Source: the human T2T-CHM13v2.0 reference genome, Homo sapiens. From it: a stretch of DNA of 64,000 bases. The stretch is from the NCBI RefSeq assembly GCF_009914755.1, contig NC_060926.1. One strand, 5' to 3'. Under the pieces are notes generated by a model that was not told the DNA's origin, made no database searches, and saw nothing but the letters and a program-made list of their open reading frames with translations. Shown one piece after another: positions 1 to 14,273 of this stretch. How positions within the stretch are numbered: position 1 is the first letter of the stretch; each line of letters starts with the position of its first letter. A program made the translations under genes and the position numbers.

Positions 1-120
1 CTATCCATATTTCTAAAAAAGAGAATGTTTTCCTTTGGACAAAGATTAAAGGTTGGCCAAAGAAGTCCTGAAAGTTAAGTTGTATTATCTATCCAAGTGC
101 TCTCCAAGCTGGTGTGTCTT

Positions 121-407
121 TGTTTTTTAGTTTGAGAGTCTTACTCTATTACCCAGGATGGAATGCAGTGGCGTGATTTTGGCTCACTACCACCTCCACC
201 TCCTGGGCTCAAGTGATTCTCGTGTCTCTGCCTCCCTCTTAGGTGGGACTATAGGCATGTGGGACTAGCTAACTTTTTGTATTTTTTAGCAGAGATGGGG
301 GTTTTCCATGTTGGCCAGGCTGGTCTTGAACTCCTGGCCTCAAGTGATCCACCTGCCTCAGCCTCCCAAAGTGCTGGGATTACAGTCGTGAGTCACTACA
401 CCCAGCC
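121..407 (-). mobile_element. Alu (AluJb-like), full-length, diverged
   Basis: Both arms are visible in reverse, with J-type CTCCTGGGCTCAAG and CTCCTGGCCTCAAG. TSD CAAG(C/T)TGGTGTGTCTT at 105-120 and 408-423. Confidence 0.9.
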
Positions 408-1019
408 CAAGTTGGTGTGTCTTAAAAAACCAGCCTGAACTAGCCAACCCAGAGTCCCAGGTGCAGAGATAGATGCACCAGGTTATTAGTTTCTGATGCT
501 ATTAAATATTTATTCAGTTAACCCATTTCTCTTGTTCTGATGCTCTGTTGTCTAGTCATTCTTAAAATAATTCGACTTCTATGTAGCCTTCACATTGGAA
601 TGGCTTTGACAAAACAACATGAATATCTTACCCATTTAACAGTTAACATATTTCATTTCAGAGAATTGACTAGTTCTGAATTTCTGTTTATTTTTTGAGG
701 GGGTCACATGTCATCTTCATCCCACTCAATTCTGAAGTTTTTTAAGGTCAAACTTGTGCTGTATAGACCAGAGAACTAGACCCTACCCGTTGTTCACTAC
801 AGTCTGCGAGGCCTTTGGGGGCTGGTCAAATGATATTTCTCTGGTAATGCCCCACTTTAATCAGGACTTTATTGCAAATGTATACAAATTCTTAGGCCAT
901 TGATTCATACAGAAGAGTCTGATTCTGTGTAAGCGTTTCTGAGAAAATTGAAAAGATCCTAAACTAGAGGAAACATCAGGAATTTAGTGGATGTTTTAGG
1001 TGGGCAGATCTCCACTGCA

Positions 1020-1190
1020 TATTTTTAAACAACTAGAGCTGTTCAGTAGGAGAATGAGTGAGTTCCATTGTAAAATAGTGGGCTTCTGGTGGTATTGAAA
1101 GGAGCTGTGTGGCCATTTCTCAGGGATGTTGTAGACTGTTAATGTATATCGGTTAGATTACTTCAGAGCTCTAAGTTCATTGAATTCTGA
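1020..1190 (+). mobile_element. L3/CR1 3' fragment (ancient LINE)
   Basis: Resembles the CR1/L3 3' end: AACTAGAGCTGTTCA...TCAGGGATGTTGTAGA...GGTTAGATTACTTC. Highly diverged. Confidence 0.5.
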
Positions 1191-4100
1191 AAGTAACATT
1201 TATTTCTATTGCTAATATTTACTTATGATTAATCATGAATATTTACTAACATTTACTAGAGAATATTATTTTTGATATGCTAGGAGAAAGACGTAGAGAA
1301 ATGGAGATATTATTTATATATATTAAACAAAATAAATTACTTTTGCCTTAATTATGGGACATGCTACCTTTTGAAAGGGTATAAAATATCTTAAATTTTG
1401 ACTGTGTCTATAATTCAGACATTCTAGCAGAGAGGACCTTTACTATGTAATGTATTGCCTTTCTTTTGTTTAGTGGACCTAAGTTCAATTTTTAAAATCA
1501 TGCTTTAACATCCCATATGATCTTGACACGCACATGTGAGTATTACAGTTTGGTTTATTATCTTTTCAACTATCTTTTGCTGTTGGTCCACAAAATGTGT
1601 CATACTTCTATAGAAAAACAAAAATTTTCAATTTTGAATGTGTTTATGTAATCTTGCTATTTTTTACATGTAATGACAGTAGAGGGAAACTCCAGTATTG
1701 AAATATTCATATTCTTACACACCTTTTGTAATTACTTAATTTTACCCTCCCCCGACTTACTGCCATTTCTCCAAAGCAAAATGAAACTACTTTTATTTAA
1801 CTAGAAAAGGAAAAAACTGTTCTGTTCTCCTTATATTTACATTGTGCCTGGGACAGAAATAAATTATAAATACAGAAATAAAGTCATGATTGTTCCCATT
1901 GTTGGTTAGAGTTGGTTTCAAAGAAGATATACAGTTCTTATGATTTCCTCTCCTTATCTTATCAGGTATAAACATATGAGGCAGTAAAACCTCATATCTA
2001 GCTTGAGTTGCAATCCAAGTTTTTTAAAGACTAGAAAAGCATTCCTATTGAATGGGTTCTGAATGTAATGAAGTCTGAGTTCCTGCAACTTAACAGATTC
2101 CACAATAACCTCACCTGCTGTCATAGCTTCTGCAAGGCATATACGAGTAGATGAGAAGAGTCTCTCCTTTTTAAAGCTTCTGGGACACAGACTCAAATAA
2201 AAATGCTAGTTAAAAGTGACAGCCTAGCATGAGGGACACAGAGAATTTAAGGATACAATCAATTCTCAAGTTTTGTAAAGAGCAGAGACCCAGTCATAAC
2301 ATTCTTGTTATTTAATCTCTGTTAAAGACTTAGAAAATAACACTTCAAAACAGAGACCAAGTCCTTCAACATTCTTGCTACAAATTTAACATTTCTTCTG
2401 CAAGTTGAACATTATTCTATTTTTTTCAGAAAAATAATTGAAACTACTTGGATCAGAAACTTTGCTAGTGAGGCAGTGGTATGGGTTGGGAACAGGATGG
2501 ATGCAAACAAACAGAAATTCCTCTTCATTCCACCATTGATAGGCACTAATATAAAATGTGAAATGTGATTATTCTTATCGTTGCTTGCATATGCTATAAA
2601 TATTCTTATTGAACATAAAATTAAAATAAAGTGTAAGAAAACTAATTTCCATGTTACTGGATTATCAGGCAAGGCCTTGATGACATGATTCAGGGATTGC
2701 TAGAATTTAAATTGGAAAAAGTACCAGCATCTGAAATATACATAGTAATTTGGGGACTGGAGTAATTGAAATGCAACAATAGTGGATGATTATTTGCATG
2801 GGCTTTTATTAACTCAGTTTCTATTTGTAATATATTTACATAGATAAATACTGAAAAATCTGTAAAATCTTGGGAGAAAAACTTGTATGCAACATTTTCA
2901 CTTGACATCCAAATACAATTATAATCCAATAATTTGGCATAACAAGGCTCATGTAGATTTAGTTAGAAATCCTGGACCTCAAAAAATTTTATTATTAATT
3001 GCAAAATAAGTAGCTCCTTAGTTGTTTGCTCTGTCTTTTGACTCGGCAATGCCCTGCCTGGCTTTCGATGGCAGAGCCCTCAGAAGAGTGAAGAGAGCAG
3101 GCCGCTGGGAGAAGTTGTGTTCTGTCTCTAATGGTCCTTTTCAAACTTCACCACTCAGTCCAGAGCCTATTAACTCTCAGCAAGTGGGTAACTCCTATCA
3201 GTTTACAGGTCTTGGTTTGAAGACCTTTTAAAAATACAGTATTTAATGGAACTTTAGAAGTCTTTGACAACATTTCTGTAAGTATCAGGCCTTGGGAAGA
3301 GGTAGGAATCTATGGTTCATTAGCCTCTTGGGAGTCCAGAGCTGGAGTTGCCTTAAGCTTATCTGGGGCAATTTGTTGCAGCTCTCCCCATTGAGTTTTC
3401 CCCTCAGCATCTCCTTGCTTTCAAGCTGCTCTCAGGAGACAAAGTTTGCTATAAACTTTAGAGAAAGAAAATGCCATGGGAAGCCATTTTATGCTAAGAA
3501 TATATTTATTCTCTTCCTTTTTGTCTTGAACTAAATCTATGCATTTTTGGCCAAAATTATTTGCTTGTGGTTAATCCAGGCATCCTTTCTTAGTGAGCTT
3601 CATTGGTGACAATGCTGAAAATGACACTAAGTAACAGAAGAAAGAAGCAACGGGTCAGGTCCCATCTACTCTAGTCTTCTGGGCCATGTGAGCCAAGCAG
3701 TTTTCTTCTTTGTAGGCTGCGTGTGCAGAAATGGATAGTCAAGACAAACCTCCTCAGGTGATGTAACCGTTTTCTTCTGTGACCCTGAAGTGACTAACTG
3801 GCAGAGAGTGAAGAGGATTGAGGCTAGAGCATTTACTGGAATATAGTGAAAGCAAAGGTCTGAATAACACAGATAGAACACCAAAGCTGTCTTTCAGTAA
3901 TTTATTATATGAATATTTCTTGAGTAGCTATTATGTGTCTGGCACTATGCTATGTGTTGTGTATCCATACGCTAAAGCTATTGGTTGTCGCTCAGTGATT
4001 TTGCTTATTATCTTCTAAAGACAATCAAGAAAACTGATTCTTAAGACAAGATGATAGTAATTATGTCTTAAATTACTTGAGAATCTTACAACAGGACCAT

Positions 4101-4421
4101 CATTGTGTTAATACTTAACATGGTCAAAATGTATTCCTTAGTATAGCCTTTCAAGGTAGATTTATAAAATTTCCATTTTTTTATAGATTAGGAAAATGAA
4201 ATTAAAGTAGGTTAAATTACTTGTCTTAGTAATTTACACAACTTGTAAACAGAATTGCTGTCGAAGTCAGGGCTCTTTCCAGTGTGATATGTACAGTATG
4301 ATAGTTAGGAACTTATAAAAATACACGACAACATCTGGCCTTCATATCTTATTTATCATTTGTGTTTGATGACTCCTGACTCTTTATCCCACCTAGATTC
4401 TATTGCTACTCTAAAAAACAA

Positions 4422-4581
4422 TTTCCTTCCTTTCTCTTTCTTTCTCTCTTTCTGTCTGTCTTTCTTTCCTTCCTTCCTTCCTTCCTTCCTCCTTTCTTTT
4501 CTTTTCTTTTCTTTTCCTTTTCCTTCTTTCCTTCTTTCCTTCTTTCTTTCCTTCCTTCCTTTCTTTCCTTCTTTCTTTCCT

Positions 4582-4662
<81 letters not shown>
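4422..4662 (+). repeat. Complex (TTTC)n/(TTCC)n polypyrimidine microsatellite
   Basis: About 240 bp of almost pure C/T, ending in near-perfect TTTC arrays. Confidence 0.97.
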
Positions 4663-4689
4663 GCCTTTTAACCCATGTACCTTGTCTAG

Positions 4690-6200
4690 GGCCAATCCCT
4701 CATGAATCTCAACCCCTCCATCATCCTCAAGGGCTCTCCGTCAATTATCTCCCTTTGTTCTTGTATCTTCAACTCTTCCTCACTCTTTGCTCATTTCCAT
4801 CAGCATTTCAACACACTCAAGTGTCTTCCTTCTTAAAATAAAAATGAAAAAGGCCCTCTCAATCCATGTCCCTTGGTAGACCTCGTTTCCTTTATTCCAT
4901 TTACAGTGAAACTTACAAGTGTTGTCTCTGCTCCTTTTCTTCACTTCTGCACTCACCTCTCCTCATTCTTGCAGCTCTCTGGTCACCCCTTCAGAGAAAC
5001 TATTATGACCAATGTTACCAACAACACTGTTGTTAAAACTAGTAGTCTCTTCTCAGGCCTCAGCCATCACAATCTCTCAGTAATATTCACTACAGCTGAC
5101 CACATCCTCCTTTTTGAAGCCCTCTCTTCCCTGGGTTTCCATGATACCACCCAGTTCTTGTTCTTTTTGGTTGGTCCTTCATAGTCTACTGTGTAGGCTC
5201 CCATTTTCCAACTGATTCCTTAAATGTTGATACTTCCCTAAGGTTCTTCTCTTGTTGCAGTTTAAACATTTTCCCTGAGAGAGCTCATCATCACCCAAGG
5301 CCTTTATTTGTCATTTTACTGCCTCTGACTTCCAAATATTGATTAGTCAGCCCAGATCAACTTTTTATAGGTGATGAGGTGATCACACTTTTATGGAGTT
5401 TCATATCTATATATCAACATTCCTAGGGTCTCCCAGGTACCTCAAACTCATCAGATCCTTCTCCCACTTCCTTCCCCTGCTTCTTATCCCAGGCATATTT
5501 ATCTACTCATTGACCAAACAGGAAATCTGGGTTTCACTTTTAAATTCTAACTGAGTAAATCACCAAGATTTCTACTTCTTAAGTATCTCCCAAATTTGTC
5601 TATTTCTCTACATTTCTACTGCTACTCACTAAAGTCAGACCATATGTCAGCAAATCACCATGCCTCCAATTTTGCCCTCTCGAAATATATTTTCCACCTA
5701 GGCCAGAGTGATCTTTCTAGAAGAGAAAACGTGAGTACATTTTGATCACCCTTAAAACTTCCCAAAGAAATAATTCTCAAGTTATTCCTCACTGTTCCTT
5801 TAATGAGCCAAATGCTAACAGTACTCAGAAGGCAATTCAGAATCTAGTCCCAGCTTCTCCATTCTCACCTTTTGCAATTCTTCTGCATCTTCTTACATTC
5901 ATCATATGAAATTTTTCTCTCCCCTCTGGGACTTCCCATATGCTATTCCCTTTGCCTGGAATGCTCACTTTCCTTCCTTTTCGTTTACCAAAGTCCTGCT
6001 CATCACTTAGGTCTCATCCTTGGCATTATTTCCTCTAAGAAACTTCTGCAATGTTCTCTTCTGTCTCCTCAGTCTGGGCTCACTGCCCCTCTGACCTAAA
6101 ACCACTCTCCTATTCTGGCACCATCCACACCAAATCTTCATTATTGTTTACTTGTCTGTGTGACACGTTAGTTCAGAAACTCCCTTTTAAAGGCTGGTAA
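4690..6200 (+). mobile_element. L2 LINE, long degraded 3' portion
   Basis: L2 hallmarks: CACTACAGCTGACCACATCCTCCTTTTTGAA, TCCCAGGTACCTCAAACTCA, GCCAGAGTGATCTTTCTA, TGCCTGGAATGCT. Confidence 0.75.
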
Positions 6201-7744
6201 TATATTTGATTTAAGAAAAAAAAAAAAACTTGCGTAGTCTCTGTACGTAGCACAGAACATAGCACAAGATGATGAATACATAGTTTTTAAAATAAAGGAA
6301 TGTTTCCCTAGGTTTCTCTACTGATATTGGGAAGTTTCCAGAAAATATACAAAAGTAAAAGCAGTAGAAAAGGAATCTTAACTTTGCTTCATGGGAACAA
6401 CTTTTTGTAGGTGAGGGTGGCATGTCAAAGGGGACTGTAAGTACTGCCTTATGAAAGAATATCTGCCAGAGGGGAGTGGCTGCAGATCCTGGAGAAGTGG
6501 AGCCAGAGAAGGGGATGTGGTTTCTTCTTTCCACAGCTTCTGGTGAGGCTAATGGAGAAATGAACAGATCATCGAGTTTTAAAAATAATATCACTTCTGT
6601 TAGCCAGGGATGTGTGTGATCCTGAAAGGAAGAATTTATTACCCCTTTCATTTAAAGATTGAAGTATGGGAACTTTAGTTCTAGGTGGAAAAATTTGTCA
6701 TTTGTATGCATGTCATACCTCAAAAATCACAGTGGAACTATGTATGGTCAATTCTGAATTAACAGATTCTAATTTGGCCATTCACACTGTGTGTATAGCA
6801 TTGTCCAGAAGTGAGAATATTGAAAATTTTCAGGGCAGAAGGAAACTTTTATTTAAAACAGCAAAACAAAACAAAAAACAGGCAAATGAATTTCAAAATA
6901 GAAACTAGTATTTTAAATTAATAAAACATTTTCCTTACTTGTCAGCTTCAGAATAAAACCATGCATTTATTCTCATACTTAAAAGTATTTTATGGTAATA
7001 GATGCTAAACACCACAATTAGCAGCACAGATATACTTGATGATACTGTGATAAATAAAACTAGTGATCAGTTTGGTTTTCTACAAGAGCATCCTAAAAAG
7101 AACTGGAGGGGTTTTTATAATTTATTAAACTAAGGAACAGAGGTATAGCTTTTACTCTTCAATAGGCTTTCTTGAGCACAGTCTCAAAAGTGCTTGAGAA
7201 AAGACACTAGAAGAAATGTAAAATTCTCGATGAAAACTGGTTTAAAACTGAACTTCTGAGAAAAAAAAAAAGGAAACTAAAAAGTTCCATAAAATTGGTA
7301 GTAAAAGTGCTTCTAATAGCTAGAAATGTTTTGTATTATTTAAATGGAATATTTAAGTTTAATGTTTAATTCTAAACACTAATGAACTACCCAGTTTAGA
7401 AATTGTAGATAGCCACAGTTGGGGATATTATGCAATGCTAGATACCTGAGCAGAATTTATAGGTATTATAGGTACAGCACCTTAGTACTGTATTTGGACA
7501 TCACAGGATCTTAGAGGATGCTGTTGATGCTCTGACACCCCTCACAGAAGTATGTATATAGATATATATATATCTGTGAGTTTTGTATAAACACAATTCT
7601 ACTATGATCTCTTACAAATAGCTAATTTTAAGGATAAAATAGAATTATAGTACACTAAAATTCCCATTTTAAGGGCAATGCTTCTTGTTCTAGTGCAGAT
7701 TGACCTCCTTCCCTTGTGAAAAATAGATTTCCAGGCTTTGGTCT

Positions 7745-7830
7745 TGATCAGCTCAATCAGAATTACCAGCTGAGGGGCCTGGATCTGTCTTTTAAAAGGT
7801 GCTTTAGGTGATTCTGACGTGCAAATAGTG
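7745..7830. mobile_element. MER5-type hAT-Charlie MITE fragment
   Basis: ATCAGAAT...GGGGCCTGG...AGGTGATTCTGACGTGCA, typical of MER5A. Confidence 0.55.
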
Positions 7831-8769
7831 TGCAGCCTGGTGTTCCTGACCTCACGTCACCATTTTTTCTTACCTCTCGCAGGCTTTGGCTATCTGATGC
7901 TAGGCTTTCCTGCACCCTGGATCCCCCTTCCTTCCCCTGATAACTGTCCTACAGTGGCCCACCTTTCTGGTCCCAGGTCTATCTTAGCTCCTCTCTGTAA
8001 AGTGCCAGTCTCCGCTGTGGTCTATGAGTGTGTGAGCCATGGTTTGCCCTCTGCTGCTCTTCCCGCATCCACTCTTGGATGTTACGGGAAGTCCTCAGGG
8101 GACCTCAGCTTGCCAAGCCTTCCTTACCCTTCGTAGTCAGCCTGGAAAACTCACTCTGTTTTAGAATGTCTTTGTCTCTTTTGAGAACACTCCACTCCAT
8201 GTATGGCCTGTGTGCCTGTAACAAGTGCCAACATCTGTGAGAGATTTCTAGATTTTGTCAATTCTCAGATATTTGGAGACCAATTTTTTCAAATCTCCAG
8301 GCTTCTTTAATGACTCTGTTGTATAACTAACAGAATTGACAACAAGAACACCCTGTGTGAAAGCAAATGAAGCATCCTTGCAAATACAGGAACAGATAAC
8401 ACAGCTGAGAAAAGGTGCAGATTATACCAATGTTTATGATTGCTTCAATTTACAGATGAGAGTAAAGGAGCATTGGGCCACTGGTGATATCTATATCAGC
8501 TCAGCTAGTCCGTGGGAAAGATGAAGTCACAAGAAAGGTAACAGCGGCAGGAAAGAAGACAAATAGAGGAAAACAATTGGAGGCAAAATTACTATTTGTG
8601 TCACTGTGGCAACTGAGATAAATGATATTAAAACAAAGAGTGGGTATTGACAGCAGAATAGAAGAGGCAGAAGTTGAGAAATATCTCTTTGGTTTCATGG
8701 GGCAGGACAAATGGCCACCTGTGCTTCTAAATTGCAGGCCTTACGGACATAGAACATGCTCTTTAGACC

Positions 8770-9066
8770 AGAGTTTCCTGAGGGGAGCTCTGTTGATGCC
8801 TGACTACTTCTGTAGCAGAATTCACGGGAAAAAGGGGTTCTGTAGTCAAATAAATTTGGGATAGAGTGGATTAAACCAAATTATATTGGTTTCTTTACTG
8901 CTGCTTTCCTCAGAGCCCTTAAAAGGCTAACTTACACTGTGAGATGCCAGGAGGGGACAAGCATTATGTAGTGCTTCTAGACTCATTTCTCAATGGAACC
9001 TCCCTGCTCTTTGGAGGAACATTTTGTGGGACTATTCCATCAGACTTCATTCTGGGAAACACTGCA
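8770..9066. mobile_element. hAT-Charlie-type MITE (MER112-like)
   Basis: GGGTTCTGTAGTCAAATAAATTTGGGA and the terminal TGGGAAACACTG resemble Charlie-family ends. Subfamily uncertain. Confidence 0.45.
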
Positions 9067-9301
9067 TTAGATTATGGCATCTCCAAATTTTTAACATCAC
9101 CATACATACAGAAAAAAATAAATTGAGTTTTTGGTAAAAAGAGGACATTATAAGCCTTGGGGCTCTAGCCACCCAAGCCACCCAGAAGGCTAAGGTGGAT
9201 CACTGCACTAACACACCTGTTACCTATTCAGGGCACATAAGAAAGTTTTGCACTAGATTATACCCTCTCTTTGGGCAGAGACTGTGTATTGTTTCCAGGT
9301 T

Positions 9302-9402
9302 TATATATATATATATGTTTGTGTATATATGTATGTATGTTTGTGTATGTGTGTGTGTATCTATGTGTGTGTGTGTGTGTATATATATATAGAGAGAGAG
9401 AG
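9302..9402 (+). repeat. Compound (TA)n-(TG)n-(TA)n-(AG)n microsatellite
   Basis: Directly visible. Confidence 0.92.
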
Positions 9403-10519
9403 CTAACGTTTAGGACAGAGACTGACACAAAGTGTTCAATATATAGAATGAATAAATAAATGAATATTATAGGCATAGGAGATATGTTTGGCAGCTACTT
9501 CTACCTCAGTGTGGTGGCTTTGAAAAAATTAATGCCCCTGGTTGTTTGCATCAGAGCCAGCTCATCACCACTTCAGTGAAATGTCCATAAAGGTACAATC
9601 AATCCCTACCTTAGGTGACAAGGTAAGGTGCAATATGGCAGAGAAGTCTACTCAATAGAAAGTATACATTCCAGTACAAAAAGACTAGGTGCATAGGTAA
9701 GAGCCATATTTCCTATGTATTTCAGTCTCCTTCAGCAAAAGGTAAAAATATGCAGAGCAAAAATGTGTTGCTAATCATGAAAGACAAGAAGGATATCCAT
9801 GAATGGTGTGAAAGGTCAAGCATAAGCAAATGTTGATGGGTTTGTGTATGTCTCCTGAATGATGTCATGGCCCAGAAATGGCAATGAGAGAATTTATTGT
9901 GTAGATCTGAATTAATTTATAAATCTGGAGTACTGCCATTTGACAGTACCTGACCAAATTAGTGTAAGCAATTCTCATTGAAAGAGCCAGAAGGCATACC
10001 ATCTCTTCTCATAGTCAGGAATAAGATAAAATTATTTAAAGAAACAAATGTAGCTGATTGTGCTATGAGTATTTCTGAAGGTGGGTTTGACATGTTAAAT
10101 GAGCATTCTAAATAAAACTGGCAATAAAAAAGTCATGGAATCACTCTAAGAAAATCACAGAATTTTATAGGTTTTGCTAAAAAATAACTTCCAAAGCCAG
10201 TATAAGCCCTGAAGAATTTAACAACTTTTGGTATTTCTCAATCATCTATTGGTACATGTCAGTGAATCAAATATCTTTGTGTTTAAGCACAGTAAGACTG
10301 TCATTGAATGTGATAATGCTGCCTAAAATAAAACTTTTAAGATGTGAAGATCCATGGTAGATTTCCGTGTTGTCCCTCTATTTAACCTGTTAAAGAGACA
10401 CAGTAATACCAATGAGCAAGTTTTTTTCATGCCCAGCATTACTTTTTTTTTCTATCAGCAAAATATTATATCTAGTGATTGGTAAAATAATGGAACCAAT
10501 AGTTTATTGGTTACTGTCT

Positions 10520-10925
10520 TTGGTAGATCCATGTTTACCCCAAATTCACATTCACCTGGAACCTCAGAATGTAATCTTATTTGGAAATAAGTAATTACTT
10601 AAAATGAGGTCATACTGGATGAGGGTGGGTCCCAAATCCATGACTGGTGTCCTCAAGAGGAAGGGCAAGGGAAGACGCACAAGCAGAAGGTCATATGAAA
10701 ATGGCAGCAGACATTGGAGATGTGCCACTAAAACCAAAACATGCAGGAGCCACCAAAAGCTGGAACAGCCCAGGAAAAATTCTCCTTTTGAAACTTGAGA
10801 GAAAGTGTGGCCTTTCTAATGCCTGAATTTCAGTCTTTTAGCCTCTAGAAATGTGAGATAATAAATTTCTGTAGTTTTAAGTCTCCTCATTCATGGTAAT
10901 TTTGTTATGGCAGCCCTAGAAAAAG
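10520..10925 (+). mobile_element. MLT1 (MLT1B/C-like) MaLR solo LTR
   Basis: GAACCTCAGAATGTAATCTTATTTGGAAATA, ATGAGGTCATACTGGA, AATAAATTTCTGTAGTTTTAAG, GTTATGGCAGCCCTAG. Confidence 0.82.
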
Positions 10926-11884
10926 TAGGGTTTGTACATGGTTGGTAACCATTTACCAATCAAACTCATATTGATAGAGTGTATCTTTTAATAGTCCAAA
11001 TGGAGTCAATGAAAGTGAGCTGAAAGATTGGTTTCGGCTAGGATGTGACCTGGAAAGTCTTCCTTTATTTATGTCTATTTTCCCAGCATAAATTATTAAT
11101 CGTGTACTGTTTTACTCTCAAAAGTTTCCTACTTTGAATGATGAATTGTATGATCACCTTAGCTTAAGCTTAAGTTGAAGTACCCGTGATTCATTGCATT
11201 TGCATCCCCAAAATTATGTTTTTAAGAGCTGATGTGTAGCTAAGATTCATTTTTTTTTCTTCCCAGTTTTGAACAACTGACTTGCTTCTGGCACTTCCTT
11301 AATTTCTAGTCAGTGATAACTGGAGTGCAAAAAACTACTTTAGAAACAGTTAAGGATCCAATGTGAGTCTAAACAGTTTACTTCTACATGGACATCATTT
11401 AGGGCTGGAGATTAGTTATTAACTAAATGGTACCTTGTGATCTTATAGTGTTAGTTTACCTTTTAACAGGTTTAACACCCTCCAGGTATATAATTACACT
11501 CCTTTCTAAGTACATGGTTAACCACTCAAGAAATCAATAGGGGTTATAAAACATGTACAAATTTGAATTTGGAGAGAGTCAAACTTCTATCTTGTTCCTA
11601 GAAGTAAAATGGCTAACATTTAGAATTGGGCTTATAGGGAGCCATTTATTTTGAAATAGAAAAAGCACAAAATAGGTATGTTCAGAGTTGGGAGCGAAAT
11701 ATGACATTGATAAATCAAACAGAGCCCCTCACTTTTGCTTTGATTGATGTTGTCAATAGCAACCCACAACTTTTGTTTCTTGATGTGTGACTATATAGCC
11801 CCCTGGATCCAGAGAAGGTAACAAACATGTTTTCTCTCATGAGGTTTCTAAATTTACTAGAGCTTGATCCTACTCACACCTAAT

Positions 11885-12990
<1,106 letters not shown>

Positions 12991-13619
12991 TTTTGTACAA
13001 TGGGAAAAATTAGAAGAAACATTTAAGCTCCAATGTATAAACATGACAGATATCCCTTATTAGGATTTTTGAGATTACATTGAAAATTCTATGTTTATAT
13101 TTGGGTATGTCTACAGTAGAATTGATGTTAACTGGAAAGAATCCGTAGTTCAGTGGAAAATTATTAAGGGGTGAACTAGCTACTAAATAATAGTAAGATA
13201 ATGTATGATTAAGAAATGAAAACTTACAGCTACGTGATATCTAAAGTAGGAGGAAGGACATTTGTAATTGTCTACGAAGAATTTGGGGATGTAAATTTAA
13301 AGGCAAGATAAGTAAATCATGAAGTGAAAGGAAAAAATTAGACTATGCAGAAACATCAGTGAGAAATGCTTTTAAGCAAAACTTTGCTTTCTTTTTGAAA
13401 AATTTATCACAAGAAAATAAGAGTTCTTTTAAGATAAAAAGTTCATAGATTTGGTCTCTTCAATGTCCATTATATAACGTAGGTTTTCTACTTGCCAAAA
13501 GATTATTAAATAATATTATTATTTTATAATCATATAGTGACTTAAAATTTTGTTTTTGTAGCTCTTATTTTGTTTGAGACTGCAACACTCCTAACAGGTA
13601 TGTAAGTTTAAGAACATGA

Positions 13620-13733
13620 ATACATATTTATATATATGTGTGTGTATATACACATACACGCACATGCATATATACACATATGCATATATATACCTATACA
13701 TGCATACATATATATTTATGTGTTTGTGTATAG
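13620..13733 (+). repeat. Degenerate (TA)/(CA)/(TG) alternating purine-pyrimidine repeat
   Basis: Directly visible. Confidence 0.85.
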
Positions 13734-13896
13734 ATACGGTTTTTTCTTTGATAAAGTAGGAGCTTGAGGTCAGAAATATTCAGTGAATCTCTAATGTCAT
13801 GAGAGGGCTAAAGGCAGAGAACTCCAAAGCCATGTGTGTCTCCTAAAAATCTACTTTAAAATAGATTTAGGTTTAGAGAAAAGTTAACAAAGATAG

Positions 13897-14273
13897 TGAC
13901 ATGGTTTGGCAGTGTCCCCACTCAAATCTCATTTTGAACTGTAGTTCCCATAATCCCCACATGTCACAGGAGGGATCCGGTGGGAGGTAATTGAATCATG
14001 GGGGCAGTTACCTCTATGCTGTTCTCATGATAGTTAGTGAGTTTTCAAAAGATCTGATGGTTTTATAAGGTGTTTTTCCCCACCTTCACTCTGCACTTCT
14101 CCTTGCTGTCACCATGTGAAGAAGGATGTGTCTACTTTCCCTTCCACCATGATTGTAAGTTTCCTGAGGCCTCCCCAGCGCTCAGATCTGTGAGTCAATT
14201 AAACCCCTTTCCTTTATAAATTATCCAATCTTGGATATGTCTTATTAGCAGAATGAGAATGGACTAATACCCA
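13897..14273 (+). mobile_element. THE1C-like MaLR solo LTR, inserted into an old L1 3'-end fragment
   Basis: TGACATGGTTTGG...GTGTCCCCAC...GGACTAATAC; imperfect 5-bp TSD GATAG/GAAAG. The flanks rejoin to the L1M-like ...GAAAAGTTAACAAAGATAG|TACGGAGAATT. Confidence 0.88.

Noticed and set aside
4360-4695. 103-aa F/S/L-rich and 94-aa K/E/R-rich ORFs
   Set aside because: They are translations of the (TTTC)n microsatellite on the two strands.
6462-6480. CTCF-like motifs (CTGCCAGAGGGGAGTGG here; AGATGGCGCTAG at about 48318; CCACAGGGGCAG at about 48811)
   Set aside because: Each misses core positions or spacing of the CTCF consensus and cannot be supported without ChIP data.
6211-6651. Longest ORFs in the track (146 aa here; 143 aa at 30313-30744)
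   Set aside because: No recognisable domain or exon structure. The second overlaps L2-like sequence. Such lengths are expected by chance in 64 kb.
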